Made by a program: the position numbers and the translations under genes. The notes under the pieces were generated by a model. The model was not told where the DNA came from. It worked only from the letters and a program-made list of their open reading frames with translations, and did not search any database. 64,000 nt of DNA from Methanobacteriota archaeon (GTDB lineage: Archaea; Thermoplasmatota; Poseidoniia; Poseidoniales; Thalassarchaeaceae): assembly GCA_002708695.1 (NCBI GenBank), contig PAOZ01000019.1:3065-67064 (forward strand), given 5' to 3'. Shown here piece by piece: positions 9,065 through 19,075 of the stretch. The stretch's first letter is position 1. The number at the start of each line of letters is the position of its first letter.

Positions 9065-10649
9065 TTCTAGATTTAACCATAACATGATCATCTTCTCCGG
9101 AAGGTGGATCAATCCAATCAGGATCACCTGGTAAAACTAAACTACGACCTATTGAATCAAGTATATTCGCTAATTCAACTTGAGATTGAGACAGTTCTTT
9201 CCAAGGAATCGAGCCATCCCTTAATCGGAACCAACGACGCAACGTTTGCATTGCACGAACGCTACGTTGCCATAATCTTAGGTGAAGTCTAGCACCTACA
9301 CTCCATAATGGCATTATAATAAATGCAAGAAATACCCATGGAACTGAAGTAATTGTTGGTTTGAGGAACCCGAGTGTTCCTTGACCTAAAATCGTCCAAA
9401 CTGGACTAGAGGACCCTGCCAAAAGCCATGCAACAGGAAATGAAACAATGACCCACCAAATTGGAAGAAGCATGAAGGCTACAGCAATTTTCTTTGTACC
9501 TAATGCATAAGGCTCATTTTCTGCAGATTTTGCAGCAATTGGCCCAGCAATTCGGTATGGAGGGTAAGATCCTATGAGTGCACTCCAAGTAATCAAACCA
9601 AGCATCCAAATCCAACACCATACAAATTGAATCAATGCAGAAGCCATGGAAAACAAACCAGGACGTTTGTTTCGATCATACAATTCGTATTCAGATAACC
9701 CATATGATTGCATTACTTTCGAATGATTTTCAACTTTGGAACGTAATTCATTGGCCTTATTGGGTTGAGTTTGAAGCATATATAGCCATGCTGCACGCAT
9801 TCTACGAGCGCCTAAAATTGCTTCTTCAAAAGTTGCTCTCTTTTGCCTTCCTTCTGCTCTATTTCGATGGACTGAAACTAATCCTCTAGTTCTCCAAAGC
9901 AATTTTCGATCTTCCCAAGAATCCAAACCATGACTAGTTCTTTGTAACTCTCCACCTAAATCTTCAGTAACATATTGTACCCAAGCACGATCATTAGCTT
10001 CCTCTTTACCAAATTCAGAAATCATTTGTTCAGAAGGTACAGGAGCGTCTTCTTCTCCTGGAAGAGGAGGTAAAGACATCGGAGAATGAACTTCAACCAA
10101 TGCTCTCTCTCTAAATCGATTAGGATCAGAATAATGTAAACCTACAGGAACAATAACTGGCTCAGGGACTCCTTGTTCTCGGGCTCTTCTAATTGCAAGT
10201 AACAACATTCTTGCAGGGCCGGTTTTCACTCTTTCTGGTTGGCTAGAAAGATGTGAAACTCCTTCAGGAAAAATAACACATCTTCCTTGATCAACCAATA
10301 TATCTGCAACCGTATCAATAACGGCTTGATTACCCTTTTTTCTATCCCCAGATATCTGTTCTTTATCTATAGAACGATATATTGGTCTTGCACCAGCCGC
10401 TTTCATTACATTTCCCAATATTGGAATTTTGAATAGAGTATGTTTGGCGATGAATGTAATTTGACCAGGTAATGTAGATATCATTATCAGAGGATCAATT
10501 AGAGAACCAGGGTGCCATGCTGCAAACAACACACCCCCTTCTTCTGGAATATTATCTATCTCAATAGCCCCATGTTCTCTAAACCAAGTTTCACTAATCT
10601 CTTTCGCTATCCACCTAACTGCTCGATATGACGCAGAAGGAGTAGCCAT
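9057..10649 (-). CDS. lysophospholipid (1-acyl-glycerol-3-phosphate) acyltransferase family protein, PlsC-like, with C-terminal multi-TM domain
   Basis: HX4D acyltransferase motif (FAAWHPGSLIDP). FPEG block (VIFPEGVSH). C-terminal half has several hydrophobic helices. Start placed at the internal ATG 10649 (MATPSASY...) to avoid overlap with mutL; the ORF-track start at 10784 lies inside mutL. Confidence 0.65.
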   Translation of the reverse strand: MATPSASYRAVRWIAKEISETWFREHGAIEIDNIPEEGGVLFAAWHPGSLIDPLIMISTLPGQITFIAKHTLFKIPILGNVMKAAGARPIYRSIDKEQISGDRKKGNQAVIDTVADILVDQGRCVIFPEGVSHLSSQPERVKTGPARMLLLAIRRAREQGVPEPVIVPVGLHYSDPNRFRERALVEVHSPMSLPPLPGEEDAPVPSEQMISEFGKEEANDRAWVQYVTEDLGGELQRTSHGLDSWEDRKLLWRTRGLVSVHRNRAEGRQKRATFEEAILGARRMRAAWLYMLQTQPNKANELRSKVENHSKVMQSYGLSEYELYDRNKRPGLFSMASALIQFVWCWIWMLGLITWSALIGSYPPYRIAGPIAAKSAENEPYALGTKKIAVAFMLLPIWWVIVSFPVAWLLAGSSSPVWTILGQGTLGFLKPTITSVPWVFLAFIIMPLWSVGARLHLRLWQRSVRAMQTLRRWFRLRDGSIPWKELSQSQVELANILDSIGRSLVLPGDPDWIDPPSGEDDHVMVKSRIN

Positions 10650-10702
10650 CGTCCCTCGGAGTAAGCCAATACAAATAGCACAATCGACAAAAAAAACGAA
10701 AT

Positions 10703-12643
10703 TTATCCTAAACGTCCAAAGTGGTCGTCTAATTGAGATATATCCAATTTCAATACAGTAGGCCGTCCGTGCACACAAGCCCAAGGATTCTCGATGGTAG
10801 ACATATCTGCCAACAATCTTCTCATTTCAGCTAATTCAAGACGTTGGTTTGCCTTTACAGCACCTCTACAAGATTTCATGAATGCTATTTCATCTTGAAG
10901 TTGATCTACGCTATCTAGAATCATACTATCTGATTCATTAATGTCGGAAAGTAAATCTTTGATAAATCCAATCAACCTATCATCACCAAGTAATAATCGG
11001 GGTACTGAAATTATATCCTCGACAGATTCCTCTCCAAAATTGAATCCTAAATTATTCAATAATTCCCTATTATTTTCAATTATTCCCCTTTGTCTTGCCG
11101 ATAATTCGATTTTCAATGGATGAATCAATGACTGAGGTTCCCAAGAAGACATATCATGACGTAATCTTTCATATCTGATTCGCTCATGTAGAGCATGTTG
11201 ATCTACAACAAACAATGATTCTCCACCTTGGGCCAAAATGTAGGTATCAGCAAACTGAGAAAGTGCCTCCATAGCAGGAACATCTGTCACTGGGCCTCTA
11301 AATTCTGGTTCAGAAATAGGCGATACGGGGTCTCCAGTACTCGAGTAACGATGTAATTCTCTTTCTGCTACAGAGAGTGCGGGGGAAATTGGCATCGAAT
11401 CAAGTCCTGGCAATGTTTCCTGTACTGATGGTGAATGAGAAATAGGCCTAGCACGAGGAGATTCAGAAATGGTTCTTGGAGAAACAGGTTGATTGAATCT
11501 AGTTTGAACTGATGTAGCTGCTTCAATCCAAGCAGGATTCTTATTTTGGGTCGGTGGGGGGGTTGGAAGATTATTCAAATCACTCACAGACCCTAGCGGA
11601 AAGGAATCTGTAGCAGGAGCACCAGTAGGAATAGAAAGTAAAGTATGAGCAATACTACGCTCAAGACGTTCTAAAACTCTCCAAGAATTCTTTAATCGAA
11701 CTTCCCGTTTTGTGGGATGGACATTGACGTCAACTTCATCATTTGGCATATCTAAGAATAAAACACAAACCGGATGTCGACCAACCATTAATCGAGTTTG
11801 GTATCCCTTTCGAATAGATTGTAAAAATGGCGTAGAAGCTACTGTTCGATTATTTACAAAAATATGGATGTCATCAGAACGGCCTCGATCAACTGATGGA
11901 GGAGAAATCCAACCTCGCCATCGTTCTTCACCTGGTGCAGATTCATCTGATTCAGGACCAACAAGCGGAATTAAGCGCTCAGAAGAACCTCCAAGAACAT
12001 CATAAAGACGAGATTCAGGAGTAGTTGGACCTGGTGAAGAAAGCACAATTCTATCATCTACCTTGATTGAAAAACCAACTTCTGGATGAGCAAGAGCATA
12101 AGCCATGACTACATCGACTATAGCTGCAGTTTCAGTAGAAGGACGCCTTTGAAAAGCCATTCTCGCAGGAACAGAGGAAAAAATATCCTTTACTTCTATC
12201 CTAGTTCCAATTGATTTACCTACAGGACCAATTGGAAAGACCTCTCCGTGATTTACTTCTATGAATGAACCCTCTTGTGTTTCTAACTTCGATTCTATTC
12301 TCAAGTGACTTACTGAGCCAATAGCTGCCAAGGCTTCACCTCTGAAACCAAGGGTCCCAATATTCGAAAGATCTTCCGATGTTCTCAATTTACTAGTAGC
12401 ATGACGGTTTACTGCTAAAATTAATTCAGATGCAGGAATACCGTGACCATCATCCTCCACTGAAAGACGAGAAAATCCACCATCTTCAACTACAATACCA
12501 ATGTTTGTTGAACCCGCATCTAAACTATTCTCAACTAATTCCTTGACAACCTGAGCGGGACGTTCGACTACTTCACCTGCTGCAATTCTTCCGATTGTTG
12601 CATCATCCAATTGTTCTATTGGAGACCGAGTCAAAATCATCAC
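10703..12643 (-). CDS. mutL: DNA mismatch repair protein MutL
   Basis: N-terminal GHKL ATPase motifs IAAGEVVERPAQVVKELVENSLDAG. C-terminal dimerisation domain. 646 aa. Confidence 0.93.
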   Translation of the reverse strand: MMILTRSPIEQLDDATIGRIAAGEVVERPAQVVKELVENSLDAGSTNIGIVVEDGGFSRLSVEDDGHGIPASELILAVNRHATSKLRTSEDLSNIGTLGFRGEALAAIGSVSHLRIESKLETQEGSFIEVNHGEVFPIGPVGKSIGTRIEVKDIFSSVPARMAFQRRPSTETAAIVDVVMAYALAHPEVGFSIKVDDRIVLSSPGPTTPESRLYDVLGGSSERLIPLVGPESDESAPGEERWRGWISPPSVDRGRSDDIHIFVNNRTVASTPFLQSIRKGYQTRLMVGRHPVCVLFLDMPNDEVDVNVHPTKREVRLKNSWRVLERLERSIAHTLLSIPTGAPATDSFPLGSVSDLNNLPTPPPTQNKNPAWIEAATSVQTRFNQPVSPRTISESPRARPISHSPSVQETLPGLDSMPISPALSVAERELHRYSSTGDPVSPISEPEFRGPVTDVPAMEALSQFADTYILAQGGESLFVVDQHALHERIRYERLRHDMSSWEPQSLIHPLKIELSARQRGIIENNRELLNNLGFNFGEESVEDIISVPRLLLGDDRLIGFIKDLLSDINESDSMILDSVDQLQDEIAFMKSCRGAVKANQRLELAEMRRLLADMSTIENPWACVHGRPTVLKLDISQLDDHFGRLG

Positions 12644-15321
12644 TCCTCAACCCAATCTGGCATTTTCTCTTTCCCTTGTTCTTCGGCTTTCAAAGCATAT
12701 AATGCATCAAGTGCTTCACGGGGAGTCATCATGTCTGGATCTAACGCAGAAAGACGTTCCAACAAATCTCTTTGTCTATCTGATAAGAGGGGGGCGGAAG
12801 GAATAGAGGGTTGAATTTCAGAATTAATTTCAGAATTTACCATCCATCCAAAAAGAGAAGATTGTCCATTAGGTCTGGAAAGAGGAATTCCCTTTCCTCC
12901 GGCTCTAGCCCCTTCCGCTTGTTGTTCTAAGAAAATCAACAAGTCTCTGGCTCTTTCGATTACTGAAGTGGGTAAACCCGCTAGAGAAGCAACTTGGACA
13001 CCATAAGAATCATCACATGGACCCTCAGAAACAGTATGTAAGAAAGTCAATTCACGATTAATTTCCGCTACTTGTACATGGATATTGAATAAACTTTCAA
13101 TTTCTCCTTCTAAACCTACTAATTGATGATAATGGGTTGCAAATAATGACCTTGCGCCAATCCTTTTAGCCAAATCTTCTGTTACGGACCAAGCAATTGC
13201 AAGTCCATCAAATGTAGAGGTACCCCTACCCACTTCATCAAGCAATACTAGACTTCTAGAAGTGGCTCGGCGAAGAATATGAGCGACTTCAATCATTTCC
13301 ACCATAAACGTAGATCTCCCTCTACGAAGGTCGTCGTGTGCTCCAACTCTAGTGAAAACGCGATCAATTAAACCAATTCTAGCCTTTGAAGCAGGAACAA
13401 AAGAACCTGCTTGGGCAAGAATAGATATCAATGCAGTTTGACGTAAATAAGTAGACTTTCCCCCCATATTTGGTCCAGTTAATAATAGAAATTTTCTATT
13501 CTTAGCAAACTGAATATCATTTGGAACAAAACCCTCTATTTCTTCTAAAACTGGATGTCTGCCGGCAATGATATCTAATCTATCATCTTCAAAAATTTCT
13601 GGTCTAACCCAAGACCTTCGACGAGATTGTTCGGCCAGTGAACAGAGAACATCTATGGCAGCAACATTTCTTGCAATTTGAGATAAAACAGAACTTTGGA
13701 CTTTCACTCGCTCCCTCAATTCCAAAAATAACCGATATTCCAAATCGTTAGCTCTTCCACCTGCATTCAGAATTATGTCTTCCCATTCTGCTAATTCATC
13801 GGTAGTGTATCTCTCCGCATTAGTCAATGTTTGACGACGGCGATATTCCTTTGGAACCTTATCGGTATGAACTTTAGTGACTTCAACAAAATAACCAAAT
13901 TGTCGATTAAATTTAACTTTGAGAGAAGGGATATTCAACCGTTCTCTCTCTCTTTCTTCAAATCCTTTTAGCCAATCTTTACCTTCACCCGAACGATTAC
14001 GAAGTTCATCCAATGATTCGTTAATTCCTATTCTGAAAATTCCTCCATCTCGAATTGTATGAGGCGGTTCTTCAACCAATTCATGTTCAATTATTGTTCT
14101 TATCGATTCCAACTTTGTCAGGCCATTTCCTAAAGAAATCAATAATCCATCAGAGGATTCATTCACTAATCCCTGCAATCTAGGCATCCGGCTAAGAGCA
14201 TCAGAAATCGCAATCAAATCTCTAGCATTCGCTCTATCATAAGCTAAACGAGTAGAAAGACGTTCGAGGTCTCTCATTGACTGGAGACATGATCTGATTT
14301 CGGCTAGTCGTTTAGATGCACGAACCAAAGAAGAAATCGCTGAATGGCGCTCAGCAATTCTATTCTTATCCATTAAAGGCCTAAGCAACCATTCCTTCAA
14401 CATTCTTCGCCCCATCCATGTCCTAGTCTGATCAATGGCATGAAGAAGTGAACCAACTCTTTCTCCAAGCAAAGTTTGTGTCAATTCTAAATTTTTCAGG
14501 GTAGTTTGATCAAGAGACATATAATCAGAATCATCCTCAACTGAAATCTCTCTAAGAGGAACAGAATCTATCAAATGAAGAGAAGAAATGTAAGACGCTC
14601 CAAGACCACATGCTTCCATCCCATGTGGTCGAGAATCAAGGTCTATCGATCCTAAATCTGCAATATCAAGATGATGACGAACAACTTCCATCCTACGTTT
14701 TGGTGAGCATTCATGAGTAGAAAGTGAAAGGCCGTCAACATCGATAATCACTGAACGCATGGATTCATTGATTGCGTCCTTGCTAGTCGTAACCAATTCT
14801 GCAGGAGACCATCGAAGCATCTCGTCCCTTAGTCTGTCAAAACGAGATGGGCCAGTAAATTGCTGAGCCCATGCTCTTCCAGTAGAAGTATCTAGTAATG
14901 CCAGACCCAATGAATCTGATTTTAGGACAACGGATGCAAGCAAAGCCGAACCATCTTCGCCAATTAACGAATCTTCGTACAATGAACCAGGAGTATATAC
15001 TCTAGAAACTACTCTCCTGAGAATCTTCTCTCCCGGAAGGGGGTCTGATGCTTGCTCACAAACAGTAACCTTGTGACCTGCTTGAACCATTTTTCGCAAG
15101 TAATCTTCGACACTATGCCATGGAACGCCAGCCATAGGTACTGGATTTTCAGCATTCTTATCTCTACTTGTTAATGTAATTCCTAAAACTTCAGCACCTA
15201 AAACTGCATCTTCGTAAAACATCTCATAGAAATCCCCCATTCTGAAGAAAAGCACAGTATCCGGATGTTCTTGCTTAATCGCCCTATATTGATCAAGCAT
15301 CCCGGGTCCCTTGCTGGCCAT
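12640..15321 (-). CDS. mutS: DNA mismatch repair protein MutS (MutS1 type)
   Basis: N-terminal mismatch-binding motif GDFYEMF. ABC ATPase GPNMGGKSTYLRQ...STFMVEM. 4-nt overlap with mutL. The ORF track extends to 15387; MASKGPGMLDQYRAIK at 15321 is the more likely start. Confidence 0.93.
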   Translation of the reverse strand: MASKGPGMLDQYRAIKQEHPDTVLFFRMGDFYEMFYEDAVLGAEVLGITLTSRDKNAENPVPMAGVPWHSVEDYLRKMVQAGHKVTVCEQASDPLPGEKILRRVVSRVYTPGSLYEDSLIGEDGSALLASVVLKSDSLGLALLDTSTGRAWAQQFTGPSRFDRLRDEMLRWSPAELVTTSKDAINESMRSVIIDVDGLSLSTHECSPKRRMEVVRHHLDIADLGSIDLDSRPHGMEACGLGASYISSLHLIDSVPLREISVEDDSDYMSLDQTTLKNLELTQTLLGERVGSLLHAIDQTRTWMGRRMLKEWLLRPLMDKNRIAERHSAISSLVRASKRLAEIRSCLQSMRDLERLSTRLAYDRANARDLIAISDALSRMPRLQGLVNESSDGLLISLGNGLTKLESIRTIIEHELVEEPPHTIRDGGIFRIGINESLDELRNRSGEGKDWLKGFEERERERLNIPSLKVKFNRQFGYFVEVTKVHTDKVPKEYRRRQTLTNAERYTTDELAEWEDIILNAGGRANDLEYRLFLELRERVKVQSSVLSQIARNVAAIDVLCSLAEQSRRRSWVRPEIFEDDRLDIIAGRHPVLEEIEGFVPNDIQFAKNRKFLLLTGPNMGGKSTYLRQTALISILAQAGSFVPASKARIGLIDRVFTRVGAHDDLRRGRSTFMVEMIEVAHILRRATSRSLVLLDEVGRGTSTFDGLAIAWSVTEDLAKRIGARSLFATHYHQLVGLEGEIESLFNIHVQVAEINRELTFLHTVSEGPCDDSYGVQVASLAGLPTSVIERARDLLIFLEQQAEGARAGGKGIPLSRPNGQSSLFGWMVNSEINSEIQPSIPSAPLLSDRQRDLLERLSALDPDMMTPREALDALYALKAEEQGKEKMPDWVEE

Positions 15322-15425
15322 TCTTGCACCTCCAATTATCGCGTGACCGTCTGCGCACCTCAGCGAGGTATGATGAACATAACGCAAAGAAAATTACAGA
15401 TTTCAGATTAAACAAAGAGGTTGGA

Positions 15426-16616
15426 TTACCATGCATCAAAACCCATAACTTGGAAATTTCGAGCCAAAACCAAACAAGCGCCTGCTGCAATTGCTAAGAA
15501 AATACCATCAAAAAGAAGTGACGGGCGAACAATTGGATTCGTCAATGAAGAAGTATCGATTATCAATAGGCTATCGCCCTCGTGGATAACATGAATGGTG
15601 CCTCCATCGGAAACAGCAGATTGAGCAGAGAACCCCGCCGGAGATTCGACACTCAGACTTTGGACTGACCCATCTGCACCTAAAACAATAACATTCGATT
15701 CTTCTCCAAATACCCATAATCTTCCTTCAGAATCAACAGTTGAAGCTAAGCCTCCACCTATCTCAATATCTGTCGATACCGATAAGTCGTCGCTGATTAG
15801 TGTTAATTGATCAGGAGAAACAGCAAATCCAAGAAGATTTGAATCTTCAGAAATGTGAACCGAATGATATGCTGCTCCAAAACTATGCTGAACTAAAGTT
15901 GCCTGGGGCGCAAAACCAATAGATGCAGATGCGACAAAAAGGACTTCTCCAACATCAGAAGGTGAGCCAGGATTAGAAAACACTGAAGAAATACCCGAAA
16001 CTATAGCTGAATTTCCTGAATCATCAACATCAAAACCAGTTAGAGTTAGAGTATTCTCTTCAATATCTGCTGCAAAACTCAATGAATTCTGAATTCTAGA
16101 ATCAAAAGTACGTAATTCCACATTTTGTCCTCTTTCTAAAAGAATCCATCCGGACGAACCATCTGCTGCATGTAAATCAATTACTCTATCTTCCGATTGC
16201 AATATTGGAAGAGGAGTTTGATCTTGTCCAACTATACGTACTAAAAGTCCGGATTCTCCACCAACCAACCACTCAGAACCTGAAGAAGATACAACTGTAG
16301 GTTCTGAAGACAATGAAATTTCCTCAGCACTGGAACCTTGAATTCTAAAAAGACGATTTATGCCCGAATCATCGATTACTGCCAATGCAGAACCATCTTC
16401 TGCGAATGCCATTGACAAAATTCTACTATCATCTGGTAATGTAGGATGATTTTCAGTTCCAGAAGGGATTACATCTGCAACATGAATCAAGGCGGCTCCC
16501 AATATCATTATCATTACAAATCCTGCCAATGAAAGCCATTGACCCTCCCCCTCTTCTGAGAGTAATGCAGAGAAAGGAACTTGCCTAGAACCAGTGGCCA
16601 TACAATAGTGTGCCAC
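15426..16616 (-). CDS. membrane-anchored hypothetical protein with repeated beta-strand-rich (propeller-like) segments
   Basis: N-terminal TM helix LSLAGFVMIMILGAALIHVA followed by Ser/Gly/Asp-rich repeats. No recognisable catalytic motif. Confidence 0.4.
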   Translation of the reverse strand: MAHYCMATGSRQVPFSALLSEEGEGQWLSLAGFVMIMILGAALIHVADVIPSGTENHPTLPDDSRILSMAFAEDGSALAVIDDSGINRLFRIQGSSAEEISLSSEPTVVSSSGSEWLVGGESGLLVRIVGQDQTPLPILQSEDRVIDLHAADGSSGWILLERGQNVELRTFDSRIQNSLSFAADIEENTLTLTGFDVDDSGNSAIVSGISSVFSNPGSPSDVGEVLFVASASIGFAPQATLVQHSFGAAYHSVHISEDSNLLGFAVSPDQLTLISDDLSVSTDIEIGGGLASTVDSEGRLWVFGEESNVIVLGADGSVQSLSVESPAGFSAQSAVSDGGTIHVIHEGDSLLIIDTSSLTNPIVRPSLLFDGIFLAIAAGACLVLARNFQVMGFDAW

Positions 16617-16692
16617 GGGTCGGTTCTTGAAGCATAGCCTGCTATTTCGTTAAAAGTGTGACATCAACTGTAATCTCTATGTAGAGAGGGGA

Positions 16693-16699
16693 TTAAATA
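16693..16699 (+). promoter_or_regulatory. candidate archaeal TATA box (TTAAATA) upstream of rpl10e
   Basis: About 36-42 bp upstream of the ATG at 16735 in a 118-bp divergent intergenic region. Consistent with a short leader or leaderless transcript. Confidence 0.25.
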
Positions 16700-16734
16700 G
16701 AGACTGTAAGTCGCCGAGACCCGAGAGGATTCCT

Positions 16735-17274
16735 ATGGCACGTAAGCCCGCCAAGATGTATCGCCGTGTGAAAGGACAATCGTTCACACGACGTAAGTAT
16801 ACTGGTGGTGTCCCTAACAACAGAATTCTTCGATTTCACATGGGTAACCGCACAAGAGCTGAAGCCGGTGGATTCCCAGTAATCTTACATTTAACTGTAA
16901 ACAATGCATGTCAAATCCGCCATACTGCTCTTGAAGCAGGAAGAATGATTTCCAACTCCAGAATTAGAAGTAGTGCTGGAGAACAGGGATATGCTCTGAG
17001 AGTACATACTTACCCTCATCAGATTCTTCGTGAGAACAAGCAAGCAACTGGAGCAGGGGCTGACCGTGTATCTCAGGGTATGCGCCAATCATTTGGAAAA
17101 AATGTAGGCACTGCTGCAAGGGTAAAGAAAAATCAATGCATTATTTCCATACAAACAGACCCTGAATTCTATCTAGATGCACGTGATGCTTTGAGGAAAG
17201 CAGGAATGAAATTTCCTTCATCTACCAAGATTAGAGTCATACAGGGTGCTGAACTTCTAAAGGGCCTTGTTTGA
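16735..17274 (+). CDS. rpl10e: 50S ribosomal protein L10e (uL16)
   Basis: MARKPAKMYRRVKGQSFTRRKYTGGVPNNRI... is the characteristic L10e N-terminus. 179 aa. Confidence 0.9.
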   Translation: MARKPAKMYRRVKGQSFTRRKYTGGVPNNRILRFHMGNRTRAEAGGFPVILHLTVNNACQIRHTALEAGRMISNSRIRSSAGEQGYALRVHTYPHQILRENKQATGAGADRVSQGMRQSFGKNVGTAARVKKNQCIISIQTDPEFYLDARDALRKAGMKFPSSTKIRVIQGAELLKGLV

Positions 17275-17311
17275 ACGTCTAGTTCAATACTGATGGCTAA
17301 AGTCGACGGCC

Positions 17312-17890
17312 ATGTACTCCGAAGTCGAAGCAGTGACGATGCTCGAAGAAAGCGTTCGCACCGCCCCAGTAATTTGGAAAGGAGAATATCCCTATTTCAT
17401 TCACCCTCTATCCGATGGAGTGCCGAGAGCATCTAGCAATCTCCTCTCTGCTGCTAGAGATGTATTACTTCACCGGATTAACTGGGAAAATATTGACTTG
17501 ATATTATCGATTGAAGCAATGGGGCTTCCTCTTGCGTCTGTTCTCTCTGTAGCAACAGGCATTCCCACCGTAGTAGCTAGAAAACGATCATATGGGCTAG
17601 ATTTTGAAACAGTAGTTGACCAAAGTACTGGTTATTCTAAAGGTTCCATTTGGATTAATGATGTTAATCCCGGAGAAAAAATCCTAGTCGTTGATGATGT
17701 TGTTTCTACAGGAGGAACTATGGAAGCCGTACTTACGGCATTGGAAGCAAGAGGTGCAATTCTTTCCGAAGTTTGGACTATTTTTGAAAAGGATGATGGC
17801 ATGAAGAAGTTGATTGAAAAACACGATTGGCCAATGAAGAGTCTCGTCCGTATAGAAATGAAAGGTGCAGAAGTAAATATTCTACATTAA
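17312..17890 (+). CDS. hpt: archaeal-type hypoxanthine/guanine phosphoribosyltransferase (PRTase type I)
   Basis: PRPP-binding motif ILVVDDVVSTGGT. SPVIWKGEYPYFIHPLSDGVP and EAMGLPLASVLS match the archaeal Hpt family. True start may be the internal MLEESV at 17339. Confidence 0.7.
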   Translation: MYSEVEAVTMLEESVRTAPVIWKGEYPYFIHPLSDGVPRASSNLLSAARDVLLHRINWENIDLILSIEAMGLPLASVLSVATGIPTVVARKRSYGLDFETVVDQSTGYSKGSIWINDVNPGEKILVVDDVVSTGGTMEAVLTALEARGAILSEVWTIFEKDDGMKKLIEKHDWPMKSLVRIEMKGAEVNILH

Positions 17891-17912
17891 ATGAAATGTA
17901 TCTCAAAGGAAG

Positions 17913-19028
17913 TTGAAAATCATGGATTTATCAAGACATGAATTTGAACTCGATGAATTAGTTGAGAGAATCAAGAAAAATGACACTAAATTAGTCGCCC
18001 TTCAAGTCCCAGAGGGGCTAAAAATGCAAGCCTTAGAAATGATGGATCAAATAGAAACAGAAACTTCAGCAAGAGTAGTCCTTTCTGCGGACCCATGTTA
18101 TGGTGCTTGTGACTTAGTCCACGATAAAATGCAAAACATTGGAGTTGAATTGGTAGCCCATATGGGGCATTCTCAAATGAATATTGATTCTGGGATGCCT
18201 ACTCAATTTATCCCAGTAACATACGATGGATGTCCTGAAATTGCATCTGTAATACCTTACCTAAATGCTCATCGAGAAATTGCAATTGAGAGATTGAATA
18301 ACCCTTCAAAACCTGTACAAGACGAACTCGAAGCGATAAATAAATTCCAAGATATGGTGGGAAGAATTGCACCACTTACAGATACAAAACTCGGCTTAGT
18401 AGGAAGCATACAGCACTTACATTTGTTACCTACATACAAAAAATACCTTGAAGAAGCAGGATTTGAAGTTACAATTCCAGTTGGTGGTGCTCGCTTAACA
18501 TTCCCAGGACAAGTCCTAGGATGCAATTATTCAGGAGATGACCCAACTGTTGGGCACTACATATTCTTAGGAAGTGGAGACTTTCATCCTATTGGACTTG
18601 TATTGCATACGGGGAAACCTCTTGCGATGTTAGACCCATATACTGGCGATGCAATGGAAATGGGAAGAGAACGAATTGAACGAATTCTCAGACAGCGGTC
18701 AGGATTGATAATGTCTTCAATGGATAAAAATCGATTTGGAATACTAATTGGAGCAAAACCTGGCCAAATGCGTCGGAATCTCGCACTTCGAATGAAAAAT
18801 AAACTCGAAAAACATGGTAAAAAGGGATATCTTCTAGCCATGGAACATGTTGGGCCAGAACTAATTGATTTTTACCCAGTAGATGTTTTTGTTAATACTG
18901 CATGCCCAAGAATTGCAATTGATGATGCTGTAAAATATGCAAAACCCATGATTACTCCATATGAGTTGGAAGTAGTTTTGGGTGAGAAAAAATGGGAAGA
19001 TGGATACAAATTCGATGAAATTCCATAA
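17913..19028 (+). CDS. dph2: 2-(3-amino-3-carboxypropyl)histidine synthase (diphthamide biosynthesis)
   Basis: LQVPEGL, conserved Cys-containing segments (DPCYGACD, CPRI) and size of about 370 aa are typical of archaeal Dph2. Confidence 0.75.
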   Translation: MKIMDLSRHEFELDELVERIKKNDTKLVALQVPEGLKMQALEMMDQIETETSARVVLSADPCYGACDLVHDKMQNIGVELVAHMGHSQMNIDSGMPTQFIPVTYDGCPEIASVIPYLNAHREIAIERLNNPSKPVQDELEAINKFQDMVGRIAPLTDTKLGLVGSIQHLHLLPTYKKYLEEAGFEVTIPVGGARLTFPGQVLGCNYSGDDPTVGHYIFLGSGDFHPIGLVLHTGKPLAMLDPYTGDAMEMGRERIERILRQRSGLIMSSMDKNRFGILIGAKPGQMRRNLALRMKNKLEKHGKKGYLLAMEHVGPELIDFYPVDVFVNTACPRIAIDDAVKYAKPMITPYELEVVLGEKKWEDGYKFDEIP

Positions 19029-19075
19029 TTTGAATCATCGACATTGTCATATCATCTAGATACAACCGAGTAATT

